DNA of 64,000 bases from Amoebidium appalachense (Eukaryota; Protista; Ichthyosporea), in contig CAVNZM010000006.1 of NCBI GenBank assembly GCA_963693365.1, positions 10,047,355 through 10,111,354 on the forward strand. Reading direction: 5' to 3'. The stretch's first letter is position 1. Every line of letters begins with the position of its first letter. Below, in pieces: positions 25,434 through 37,719 of the stretch. The notes under the pieces are model-generated. The model searched no databases, was not told where the DNA came from, and was given only the letters and a program-made list of their open reading frames with translations. A program made the translations under genes and the position numbers.

Positions 25434-27517
25434 AAATATGGCTGTCAAATGGTTGGGGTGTCTGCGGCGGTGGGAGTGCCGGCTATGGGATGTGTATGTA
25501 TATTTGTGTTTGAATGAGAGGACGATTACAAATTGGATGACAGTGCACATGTGTGTGTATGCCATTGCAACACTGGGTGTGCAGCTGTGTTGATTCTACT
25601 GTACATACGTGATTGCGTGCGCACATGACTGGTTTTATATCATGATGATGTGCCTTTGTGCACACGGCTTAAGTCTGTGCATGACTGTCGGGTGCTTTGT
25701 TGGATAGCTGCTGTATCTGGGGTTAGGGTGTATTGAAGTCAAAACGTGTTTTAACTATCGGCTGAACGAGTCTTACACGTGGAATACACACACAAGCACC
25801 AGTTTAATGACTTAGTAATGTGCTGTGCACGGCAAATAATTAATTGAGCAGCACCGCGCAGCATTCATATTTGTGGGCTGACACGATGGGCTGGGTGCGG
25901 TGTAGGCAAGTATATGGATTTCAGTACCAGATATATAGATGGCCTCTACGGGAAAGTTATTTGTGCGCTCCTCCTGTTGCCAATCGCAAGTATGATATTG
26001 TATTCACGGTGCATGGTCGTAAAGAAGCGCATGTGTGTATATATGATATTGATTTCTGTAAAAGTTGCTCATGCGCTTTTTAAATTCTGCCGCCGATTAG
26101 GATTTTGCTGAATCCCTATTTTTAATGATCATGTAACATAACCCAATCATAATCGACCAAGTATATGATGCATGCACGTGTGATGTGCGAGCATGTAGCT
26201 TGATATCTTGCTCAAGTTGATGCACAGCCATGCAATCGCCCCGAGCCACTGAACCACAGAAGCCATTCACAATTGTTGGATGCACAACACGTATACTGAC
26301 ATAAACCAATATGCTTACTCGCGTGGTATGCAACGATAGCCCGGTCGAATCTGCCCCCTCCACGTATTACGCAGCTGACCCAGAAAGACAAACTGCATGC
26401 ATTTGTGTATCATAAGCAAAGTCACTGCATTTGCATGCACGTATAATAATTATTAAGCAGTCGTGATTGACCGTGCACTGCACACGTGATACAGCAACGT
26501 CTCCATGCATGGATTGTGTCAGATCAACATGCATACACTCACATGCACCGATGATCTCGTGCTCACGTACCAGTGTGCATTGAAAGAGACCGCATGCACG
26601 TGACTCGATGCACGAGCACTCCGGTACTGATTTATACACACTGCATGCATTCACAGGCGCCGGCCACCACGCTCACGGCATGCCCACGCCGACCGGCGCC
26701 AACGTACATTGGGTGATATGCATTCCACATGTACACCTACAAAAAAACATGCACTGCATGCATTCACAGCCAGCACGTCCACAGATAATATATGTGATCA
26801 CTTGCAGACCAACATGTACACTGCATGGCATTGACACCCCAAAGCACACCCACTGCAAGTATCATCAACCCGCAGACCAAACACGCATACACCGGCATGC
26901 ATTCACAGACAACACACACACACAGCATGCATTCGCTCTATATACCAAGCCAGGCACAATGCCCGGCAGAAGTTCATTACAACAGCCCCCAGCCTCCCGC
27001 CCAGCAGGGGTGTGGCTAATGGGGCGAGGCAGGGCCAGCCCCCCTCACACCCAGCTACTTATGTCAGCGTGTTTATGTACATCGGTGGTTCTCTTAAGAA
27101 GGTTTTCTTGCTCACTTTCACCTTAAAAAGAATATCTAGTGTGCATTATCCAGCATTATTCTCAGCAAAATACACCACATGCGCGGCATATCTTTCTTCC
27201 CACCATACTCCAAAGCAAGAGAAACCATCATACACCCTCCGGGTGTCCCAGTAATGAAAAACACACCTATAGAGGTGTCAGCGACAAAAAGACAAAACGA
27301 GAATGCAAGCAATACAAGGTGGAGACATACATCCAATTGGATAACTAAATTGCATGACAAAGTTCCACTACAGTAACTCTTGATTGACAGCGCTAAATAA
27401 ATCGTCTCTGCCCAGTCTCCCTTGCAAGTCTCATACATAAAAAAATTCGAAACACACCGAGACCAAAAACAAAAACAAAAACAGCAACAAAACACCCCCC
27501 ATCCACCGCCCTCACAC

Positions 27518-28445
27518 CTATGTTGGGCGCACGGACAGGGGGCAGTCAGTTCTAAGCTTGCACATGACCCCGGTCAGGCCTGGGGGCCAGTGTGGTGTTC
27601 TGAAGTCTGGACCGTAGGCGTCAATGATGGCCTCCACCACCCGCCCTGGTGCCGGCCACTGCTGGTTGCATGCCTGCAGGGGGCAGTGTGTGTCAGCATG
27701 GCATATCACAGTGTGCCATGCATTGGACTGAGGTAGGACAATTAACGAATTGATGTAAAACCGCAAATCAATCGAGAAAGGAGGGAGGGCAACCTTTTCA
27801 AGGTGCAGATACCCCCAACCCGACCATAATCAATGCAAACTGTTTTCCTGCTGCCATTTTTAGCATCCAAGCCCCCCCCCCCCCCCCCCCCCCCCCCCAA
27901 AAAAAAAGGGGGGGGGGGGGGGGAAAGAAAAAAGAAAAAAAGAACAAGAAGAAGAAGACGACGACGAAGAGAAGACAAAACAGGAAGGAGGGCAGAAAAA
28001 GATAGGAAACGTCCCCGCACCATACCCAAACCCACCAACCCACCACTCACCCTTATAGTTGTCATGGGCTCAATCAGCTCCGTCGGTGTGACCACCTCCC
28101 TGGTGGCACCGTCCCTGGTTGCCATCTGTGTGCCGTTCGCTTTGTAGTGATAGCGATAGAAATCAACATACGTTCTGGAAACCAAACTGCGTAGCCTCCC
28201 ATCGTCCACCATTGTGTTTTTCTGTCTCAACCCCGGGACCTCTGCCAGCAAATCCACATGAGGGGCCAATCCTCCTCCATCACACACACGTCAAAGTCGT
28301 GCTCCCACGGCATGCTCTGGAACGGCAGGTCGGCCTCGCGGTGTGCACCAAGCAGGCTGCCCCAGCACACCCTGTACCAACCACACAGTCAGTGTGGGCC
28401 ACAAGTGCGCACAGTTCCGAACACAAACCAGGCACACAAAGCACC

Positions 28446-28476
<31 letters not shown>

Positions 28477-29503
28477 AACACACACCAAGGGGAAAAGACA
28501 CACACACACACACACACACACCTGCTATATTAATTCTAAGTATGTATCAGCGCACGCGTGGCACACCTGCTATATCAATTTTACGTATGAATGCGAACGT
28601 GCGCGAGCATGTGTGTGCGTGTGTGTCTGTGAATGGAGGCACCATGAATGGCAGTGGTGTCCCATTTCAATGACAAAGCACAAGCACAAAGCATAAACAT
28701 AACATGCACCCATACCCCTGCCCTGTACGCCACCACACAAAGTTAAAATCGTCAACAACTGCTCACTTGCATACAAATGAACATAATCACGCACGATCAG
28801 TCACAAGCCACACCTTCTGTACTAAGGCTTTCCCATCCCATATTCTCAAACCGCCTACCTAAAGACAAAGAAAAAGAGTGGCACCGGGAAAGAATATGAT
28901 GCCAAACCACAGAGTGTAGATGCAAAAAGGCGAAAGACACAATGGCGCACCCAGACACAAAAATCACAGCCACAAAACTCAATTCCCACAATGTCCCTTG
29001 GCTGCTGGGGAGTGGAAAACCGAGTTGGAGAAGGGTGTGTGTGTGTGTGTGTTAAAGGGGTGGGAATGTGTTACATTGTACGAAGTGCAAAACGTTCACG
29101 ACGGACAACATCAAGCAGATTTGCAAGCACGCACATCAGAGTATGCATCATAAGTAGCACAACAGGGGCTCAAGGCATCCATTGTAACCTAGTTTCGACC
29201 CATATTATGTATTCACCCCGCCCGCAAGACCCAACCCACATAATGCTTCGTGAGAGAGAGAGGGGGGGGGGGGGGGAGGGGGGGGGGGGGGGGAGATCAG
29301 ATGCCGCATCAAGGGGGAGGGGAGGGGGGAAAGGGTTTTTCTTTTATGGGGGGGGGGGGGGGGGGGAGGGTTACAGTGTACGATGTACACATCCATGACG
29401 GACAACACAATCCAGGTTTTGCAGAGCACACGAAAGAAAGCATGCATCATCAGCTAAGAAAATTCTCAGGGGTGGTGCTGGTGGGTGCGCGCACGAGCGC
29501 GTG

Positions 29504-29554
<51 letters not shown>

Positions 29555-30152
29555 TGCGTGTGTGTGTGTGTGGATCTGTTGGAGGGGGAATGGGGAAGGG
29601 AGGGGGGGTATCAATGGGCACCCACCAGTATTTAATCCCGTTCTCCTCGAATATCTGTTTCACGTGTGCTGCTATGCTGCACATGGCTTCGAAATCCTCG
29701 TCGCTTTTGCAGCACCAACACGACATCGAACTAAGCACGTTGTATAGCACCACGATGGTGATCAGTGTTGCAGTCAACGGAATAACGACCGAGTTTCTCG
29801 GCTTTAAAGCCCGTTGCAACACATATGCTGTGCTTATCCCCAGACCGCCCACGAACATGGATATGACTATCCTGTATATATAGTCGTTGACCCATACCTC
29901 CGTGTACAGCACCAAAAGGGCCAATAAAAGTGTTGAGTAGCCGAGCCATAACCTCCAAAGCAACTGCTTTTTCTTGTCCCAAACCCACTTGACTCGCGCC
30001 AATGCTATGGGAAAGTTTCCATTAGATACTTCCGGGCAAGGCACGACTGTACAAGGCAAGACACCGTCTACAGGTTGCCACGTTGAGCCTTTCGTGGAGC
30101 ACTTGGGCTGCCCTGCAGCTCTCCCTTGCCAGCTGTCCCGCCTGTCTGACAT
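27518..30152 (-). CDS. LicD/fukutin-FKRP-family nucleotidyltransferase-fold protein with N-terminal TM helices. Exons ~30152-29626, 28371-28051, 27673-27518
   Basis: Spliced motif FEENGIKYWVCWGSLLGAHRE...MPWEHDFDVCV (GxLLGAxR...PWxxDxD), then YVDFY and C-terminal AYGPDFRTP. Three hydrophobic helices in exon 1. A single-base frameshift near 28258 is probably an error. Confidence 0.8.
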
Positions 30153-32621
30153 GATGTGCGGAACCATGATAGTGGTATACAGCAAAAAAAAACCTAGCTC
30201 TTCGATCCGAAAGCAAGCGTAGATGTGAACTGGGCGCCCCTAAACGGGGGAAACCACTGATTGAGATATGGCAGCTACGTGTATATTGGTTCTTGAACAA
30301 AACTCGGTTTGTGTTCGCAGTGTTTCTGGAAGACGGGTTAACAAATAGAAGGAATAATCCCGTTAATCCCTTCCTGTGTCCCAAACAGACGATAGCAGCG
30401 CTAAAAACAAGGCTACAGCAAGTTGCCACGCCAGCTGAGTAAGAGGATTAGAAACCAGATGCGAGCTATCAAGAATTTGTGTGTTCAGTTCCGTTCCCCA
30501 ACTTGCAGGATCAAGGTAACAAATGTACACAGACGACAAATTAGTGATGGGCTAAGCACCAAATATATGCTGAAGGCGTCTGACTGAGAAAGCCCTACTG
30601 TAAACTATTAAAGCGCCCCTGTATACTATTACTGTAAGCTCTTATTTATGTCAAGAACGAACACCCTTTTTTCTCTAAAAAAAAACAACGAACACAGCGG
30701 AGACGCGCGCGCGGCGTCCTTTTTCTGGCCGGTTATTTTTGTTATACCCAAACTCTTCAATTGCCGGCGAAAACATAGATGAAGGCTGGCCAATGAACGC
30801 ATGGCATTCTATGCGTGATCACCCTCCTCAGCCTCCCTAAGAAGAGCGTCTTGGCAAACCCAGATGTTTTTTATCTTTATTTCCCTTGCTTGTTTTTAAT
30901 TATAATATAAATTACCAATTTTGTAATAAACTATACTATGGGCTATAAAGTGCCTTATCTTTTTTTCTGTTTGAGTATAGTGTGCTGTTATATGATCACC
31001 TGAACATGATCATGTTGGGGTAGAGTAGCAACTTTTGATTCGCTGTATATCATACATTTATTTATCTAGTTATCGTCCTAGGAGCAGAGGTTGTTGTGAT
31101 TCATTCGTTAAAAAATGCCAGGTGAGTTGCGCGTCGGGCAATAATTGGTTACCTGTCAGCAAGACGCTAAACTATTAGTAGAAACTCATGCAGTAATCAG
31201 TTTGCGTGGATCTGCCATTCAGAATTCCAGTTCAGTTCGCAAAAGAAGACATAAAAAAAGCATCCATATTCAACCTATCAAGCTTATAATTTATACAATT
31301 CCCGGTATAAATCAACTCTTCAACTTTCATCTTTGGTTTATGTATTTTGTTTTTGCCTTTTTGGTGTTGGTTCCTCAGAGTCAGGGACTCAGAGATCTGG
31401 GCTGGCTCTTGATTGGTCCGGCAAGCATCACGCCGACACGTGGCACAGCAGTTGGGCAGCGACACTGACAACTGACAATCATCCATCGCGCTATGACGAG
31501 GTTCGGGCAGCCCAGGGCTGCAGGCCTTGTGGGGGCTGGGGAGGGAGTGACGGCAACACACCCGGCACTCGATGCATGAGGTGACACGGCACGCAGACAA
31601 CTGCGTGGTAGGCACCAAAACGTAGCTACAGTAGCAGGGTGACATAATCATAAGAACAACTTCAAAGGTCTTATGTACACTGAGCTATTTTCTTACGCTT
31701 TCTAAAAGTAAACGAGATTTGAGGTTCTATCAGATAAGTTGCCAGCACATCTAGTTTTGTAACGCTCGTGCCCGAGCACGAACTTTGCTGTATAGCCAGA
31801 AAGGTTCGTCAAATTTGCTCGAGCCTGTACATGTTGAAGGAGGGTTGATAGACAATAGGGGTTCGGCGATAATAGAACCCTCTGTTTCTTGTCATATAAA
31901 GCGACCCTCATATGAATAAAGCTACCGACAGCTGCTTTATGTGATCTTGCACAACCTCATGCACGACTGGAACAACTGGTTGCTCGTACACCTTCAAATT
32001 TACATCTAAATCACTCCTCTTAACGCTAGGCTCCTCAGAGGCTCTGCAGGAGGTGAAAATGGCCTGGTATTTTGAACGTATACAAACAAAACGATTCTGA
32101 AACTTTCCAGGCGGCCTTCAGTTGATCTTCGAACGTGCTGGCACGGCCCTGCCGTGGTGCTGGGCATATATAGACAGCAAGACCAACTTGGAGTACAGTA
32201 TGCGTCCGCGCGTAACATACTCCGCGCACAACATAACGTCGACGCCGATTTTCAAAAATCTTAACATACTGACCTCGGTCATTTTTCGGGATTATGTTAG
32301 CGCACCAAGGGGTCCTATACATAGTAGGACGAATAATCGGGTTTATCTGGTCAGTTTAGACCCCCTATCTTTAGTATTTCGATCTCTTTCCCAGACAAAA
32401 CAGTGGTTCGCCGTGATTTCAACGACCGCCCAAAGCTCGGCAGGGCCAATGATAGGCGGCGGCCGCACATCGCATGGTATGCAAAGGACTCATGTGGCCG
32501 ACTATGTCGATAAACGAGCAGAAACATACGAAGGCCCCAACTAGTTCGAAGCAGTCTTGTATAGCTAGTTTTTACATCCTAGTCATATAGGCAGGTTGAA
32601 TGCATATTAAACCCACCGATC

Positions 32622-33029
32622 ATGACCAAGCCAGTAGTCCAGGTGCAGGCAGCTGCACTTGGGGCGTTGAATAGTGCACTGCACACAGTAAATGAGGCCA
32701 CAGACAAGTTTCAGGAAACTACCCAAGAAGCCCAAGCAATCATTTCTGAGGGTTTTGTAAACGCAAACAACACAATCAACAACGCCACCACACGTGCAAT
32801 TGCACAAGCCGAAACGGCAAAAGCACAATTGCGCTCGCACATGGAGAGTTTAGAGAGCCGCAGAACCCCCACACGCGCGGAATCGCTGAGTCTTTTCCGT
32901 GTGAGTTACGGTAATGGTTTGGAGCTTGATGAAACCCTGAATACGGATTTGTATGAGGCGAAGGGGGAGGGGTTGCCTCTTACTCGTGTAGGTGTGTGTG
33001 TGGTGCCAAATTCGTGGTGTGAGAGTTAG
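32622..33029 (+). CDS. Hypothetical Ala/Thr/Asn/Gln-rich helical protein, or the first exon of one (possible donor GTGAGT ~32901)
   Basis: ATG-initiated non-repetitive 135-aa ORF with amphipathic/coiled-coil composition. No family recognised. Confidence 0.4.
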   Translation: MTKPVVQVQAAALGALNSALHTVNEATDKFQETTQEAQAIISEGFVNANNTINNATTRAIAQAETAKAQLRSHMESLESRRTPTRAESLSLFRVSYGNGLELDETLNTDLYEAKGEGLPLTRVGVCVVPNSWCES

Positions 33030-33075
33030 GTGTGAGGGAGCAGAAAGACTAGTACGTCCTTGTTTGTATGAGTTG

Positions 33076-33111
<36 letters not shown>

Positions 33112-33298
33112 CTTTTTTGGTTTGGTCCCCTTGAAAAAAATTAATATGTTTTTATTATTATTTGAATCAATTACTTATTGATTTCCTCTATATTTACTTA
33201 TTTAGCGGGTTGGGGAGGAGGGGAGGGGGGGGGGTTGGGGGGGGGGGGGGGGGACTTGATGTACTAAATGCAAGGCTTTCAAGTATTGATTTAGATTT

Positions 33299-33395
<97 letters not shown>

Positions 33396-33667
33396 CACAC
33401 ACACACACACATAGGCTTTCACGCTTTCAGCTTCTTTTTTTTTTTTTTTTTTTCCCAAAGTTTTTTCTTTTTTTTTTTTTTCCGAATTTCCCTTTTTCTT
33501 TTTTTTCACCATCTCAAAAAGGAACTAGTATAAGTATTCTTTGTTTATTCATTCATTTGATCAATTTATTATTTGTTTACTACTATATTTATGTCATTTG
33601 GCGGTTTGCGGATTCCCCGCCCGATGGAGAGGCCAAGTGTGGCCTCCTGGGCGGGCGGGAGGGCGGG

Positions 33668-33717
<50 letters not shown>

Positions 33718-33850
33718 AACATAATCGAGACGGGCTCTGGGAGCCTATTTTTAGATACTAATTATAATTTAACATAACGACCTCGACCCTTGTCGGGGCG
33801 ATATGTTATGCGTGGACGCATACTGTAGCACACTCTTGTGTATATACATT

Positions 33851-33856
<6 letters not shown>

Positions 33857-33903
<47 letters not shown>
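33857..33903. repeat. (TA)n microsatellite
   Basis: Seen directly. Confidence 0.95.
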
Positions 33904-33906
<3 letters not shown>

Positions 33907-34184
33907 ACTTGGAAAAGAAAGCCGGGTCGTTACGTCGCTTTCTTTTCTTTTTTTTTTTTTTTTTTGCTTTCGGGGCTTTGGTGAGTCGACAAGCGGCTTT
34001 GTTGGACTGTTGGAGCAAAGTTTATCATGCCAAATAGTCTGTTGGTAGGATTGCGTCACAAATTTCGTTGTTACACTTTTGACCTTTGCAAGAGCGCATT
34101 CAGAACCTGCAATGGTTTGTATGATTTAGACTAACGAATCATGATAAAGATCATGCACGTTCTTATTGGGTAAAATTCTTGGGA

Positions 34185-34192
34185 TGACGTCA
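34185..34192. promoter_or_regulatory. Perfect CRE/ATF palindrome TGACGTCA upstream of the ML-domain gene
   Basis: About 180 bp before the ATG at 34368, with a second near-site AGACGTCA at ~34200 and ATTGG at ~34165. Confidence 0.4.
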
Positions 34193-34367
34193 GCGGCTTA
34201 GACGTCATAGATCAAAAGCAATCCGATGAAGCGCGCAGAGCTTTGCATTTTTTGCTTGCAGCCTACCGTACCTTTTTGTTCCCTTGTGACCAGCTAGTGT
34301 GAGCAACTTAGAAAGTCTCCAGAAACAATTATCAACGTCTTGTGCCTGTCTGTTACACACATAAAGA

Positions 34368-34823
34368 ATGCTCGGGAAAGCACTGCTGTTTGCTGCGGCC
34401 CTCTTTGGGCTTGCTGCTTGTGACAAACCCGTTATCTCGCCCTGCACCGGAAACCCCAACCAGTACTCGGCCCCCACCGACCTCCTCCAAGCAAAGGCCT
34501 ACACCATCACCCCTCCAAACCCCCACGCCGGTGACACCCTGACGGCGGGGTTCTCTGGTGCTATTACGGAGCAGATTAATGAAGGAGTGATTGTCATTGA
34601 CGTGACTCTAAGTGGCATTATCCCCATTCAGCAGAACATCTCGTTGTCTACTGTTGGGGATATCAGGAGGCAGCTACCGTTGAAACCGGGCCCTTTCTCG
34701 CTTACCGAAACGGTTTCCCTCCCTTCGTTTCTTTTTGGACAGGTTGAAGGCAGCGTGCACATCTACTCTGACACCGGCAAGCAGGTGACCTGTGTGAACA
34801 TTCACGTGGATCTGGGAGCATAA
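34368..34823 (+). CDS. Secreted ML-domain (MD-2/NPC2/PG-PI transfer) lipid-binding protein, intronless
   Basis: Signal peptide; ISPC...ITPPNPHAGDTLT...G; PLKPGPFSLTETVSLP; C-terminal GKQVTCVNIHV; 151 aa. Confidence 0.85.
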   Translation: MLGKALLFAAALFGLAACDKPVISPCTGNPNQYSAPTDLLQAKAYTITPPNPHAGDTLTAGFSGAITEQINEGVIVIDVTLSGIIPIQQNISLSTVGDIRRQLPLKPGPFSLTETVSLPSFLFGQVEGSVHIYSDTGKQVTCVNIHVDLGA

Positions 34824-35230
34824 GCTGGCACACCTCTGTTGCTTCTTCTTCGTTTTTTTTTTTCGCAACATACCTGTTATGTTGACGAGGACTTTATGTA
34901 TTGACACGTATCCTTTAGCCAGTGCACGGCTGTTCGTTTGCGGTCTGTTCAAGCTGCCACATCGTTAAGAGTTTGGTTGGTTGCGGGAATCGCTTTAGTT
35001 GGACGTGCGAGCTTGGGACTCGCGTTATTTTTATTCTCCTTTTATTCCCTTGCGAATGACCTAACACTTAAATAAATTCCTTGACTGTATCTTCTGGTAC
35101 TTGAGAAAGCCATTGGCCTGAGAATGTGGAAGCCCTTTGCCCCTTCTTTTACAAAATGTCTTGAACCTGAAGCCTTGCTGCCTTGCTGGCCACGGGCCTG
35201 CTTAGGGCCTTACCCTTTAGTGGTTATAAA

Positions 35231-35317
35231 GGTTAGCACTGCGTTTGGCAAGGTCTAATTTCGGCAATACGAGGGTTAGCACTGCGTTTGGCAAGGTCTG
35301 ATTTCGGCAATACGAGG
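35231..35317. repeat. 43-bp tandem duplication
   Basis: GGTTAGCACTGCGTTTGGCAAGGTCTRATTTCGGCAATACGAG x2. Confidence 0.9.
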
Positions 35318-37719
35318 TTAATGTCATATTGAATCATTCGAAGAGTCGACATTGACAGCAAACTTGTTAGATCGCTACACACTCACAAACGTCGGGGGAG
35401 GCTTTTGCAGCAACTACAAGTCTTGGGTGCTGGAGTGGGTGTTGGTGTACTTTTGGGGAGCGGCCGGCTGAAGATGCAGGAATAAAAAAATATGCGACAG
35501 TATAAAATAAAACTGATGATGGCACTTTGTAACGTTGGTGGTTGGATATATATATAACGGCACACAATGGATTTGCTGTGTAGACTGCTGAAGGTCCTTG
35601 CCGGTTGCCTCTCAGTAGATCTTGGCAAACAACATACAGCTCAAGGCTTGGCCATATGTCACCCCAGCTAGAATTTTCCCCGGCTCGAAAGTTTGCAGGC
35701 ACAGTTGATGCTGTAGTGGTCAAAACGTTGAACGTGCTCACCGAAGTTCAACCCGAGCCGTGGCGTTCACGTTCGCTCGGAAAGTTTCGAATTATGCGCT
35801 TGTTTTAGGCGCTTCCAAAACCTGGCACCAGCTTTTTGCTTTGCGTGATCTGTAAAGCAAACACGGTTATATGTGCCTGTCTGTGTCGCAGTACGCTGCA
35901 AAGGTTAAACTGCTCACCAGTCGTGGCCTCTCTGGCTCGGTCACAGGGGCTGTGGACCTAATTCTACTGCGGCCTGCTTGTCACACAGTGGTGATGCACG
36001 CCGGGCCGACTCGAACACTCGGTTGTTCAACAGGTTGGGGTTGGGGGAATGAGGATGCTAATTCGGTACAGTAGACGATGTGTGATTTTGTCATTAGCAA
36101 GCAACGAAGTCTAGAGAAATTGATGAATTTGAGCATATCCAATCGTTCCCAGGTAGGATGTAATTATGGCGCAAGTCGCATGTGCTTTTCACGGTAACCT
36201 TTTGCAGTGGCATTGCTGTTTTGTGGTTGCAGCTGGCGCTAACCACGTCAGAAACACATACACTACAGTGGGTCAGGCTGGGTGTGTTTTGCATGTCCCC
36301 ACGTGCTCAAGCTGTAGGTGCTCTGCTTCTTTCCTATGTACTGCTCTCGACCACCCCACACACTGCCCTTCCTCCTCCTTTGCTCTAGCAGCTGGCTAGC
36401 CTCCCCGGGGTATGCTACACACTCAGTTAAACAGCACTTTACACATTTGGTCTCGGCCAAGATCCCGTGGGTTCTAAAGATCTCGGCCAGGCAAAGTACT
36501 AGCTGACTGCGCACTAGCGTGCATGTTCACATCGCTAGCTACACTGTGCTATTACGCTCATTTAGGTATTGTGAACCCCAATATTCGCGAATTTCTTTTA
36601 GCACACCTGTGATCACACTAGCTTCAATATTCCGCTCACTCATTTTTCTATATGCCAACCCCCCTTCCACCCCCCCCCCCCCGGCCCCGCCCACTCCCCT
36701 CCCCCCCCCCCCCCCCCCCCTTCACCCGGCCCCCGCCCAAATCTGTATACACCGTCCCCCGTGGGGTTTCCCCCTGGGGCCCAACCCTTTTCGCCCCAGG
36801 ACCAGGCCACTCAATCGGCAACACCTCACAAAATGACCTCGCGGAAAAAACCGGCACACACAGGCACGCGCGTTACTGCAGTGCTCCCAAAATGGAAGAC
36901 ATACACAGGCACAAGAGCACAACTGCACATATGTAGCCCCTTGTGCACACCGTCACATAACTATACACACCTCTTCCGAACCAACTGCACAAACTGATAT
37001 TCGTTCACGTGTAAACGTTGGTACTATGCCGAACACAGCTATTGCGGTTATCCTGGCCGTCGGCTGTACTGTCTGACTGTCGGCTGTAAGTTGAGGGCAT
37101 ATGTTCTCAAGGATAGTCTTTAAAACTCCTCACGTAGACGCTATCCATTGTTTTTAAGATTTTAATACGGTATTTGCCCATATAGAATCTACGTCATTGA
37201 AAAGACTATCCGACGCTGATTGGTTCATCGCGCACCACTGCGGGTTCTTTCCTGAGCCGCTTGCTACCTCTGAGTTCAAAGGGTGGCCATCGATGTGGCC
37301 ATCAGCTGTGGCCATCATGAACTCGAACTTGACCAGGGTACACTGTTTGTGTTCGTTATGCACATAGTAATGCTATAGGGGCAACTAAAGACCAAAGGTA
37401 TATATTCTCTACTCAACATACCTGCCAGGGGCACTCAGTAGCCAAAGGCACGTATTCAGTCTTCAACACTACCCATAAGCTACCCTACAGCGTTTTTCAC
37501 AAAGTAGCTGTGTTCTTTGAAGGCAACCTGTTCAACCTGAAAGAGCACGCACGTGCTTACTTTTTTCTGAGGCCCATAAATATATATATTCTAATGGGAT
37601 TACGACCCTCTGCACATGTGACTTCCCGTTAGTTCTGGATAGAGCTGCTTGCGCTTCTGATATTCCTAAGCGAGTCAACACTTTTCCCCCACACCATAGT
37701 ATCTGTTTCTATTTCAGCA

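Noticed and set aside
31380-32540. Coding-like fragments on both strands
   Set aside because: Interrupted by stops in all frames, with no recognisable motif or element ends.
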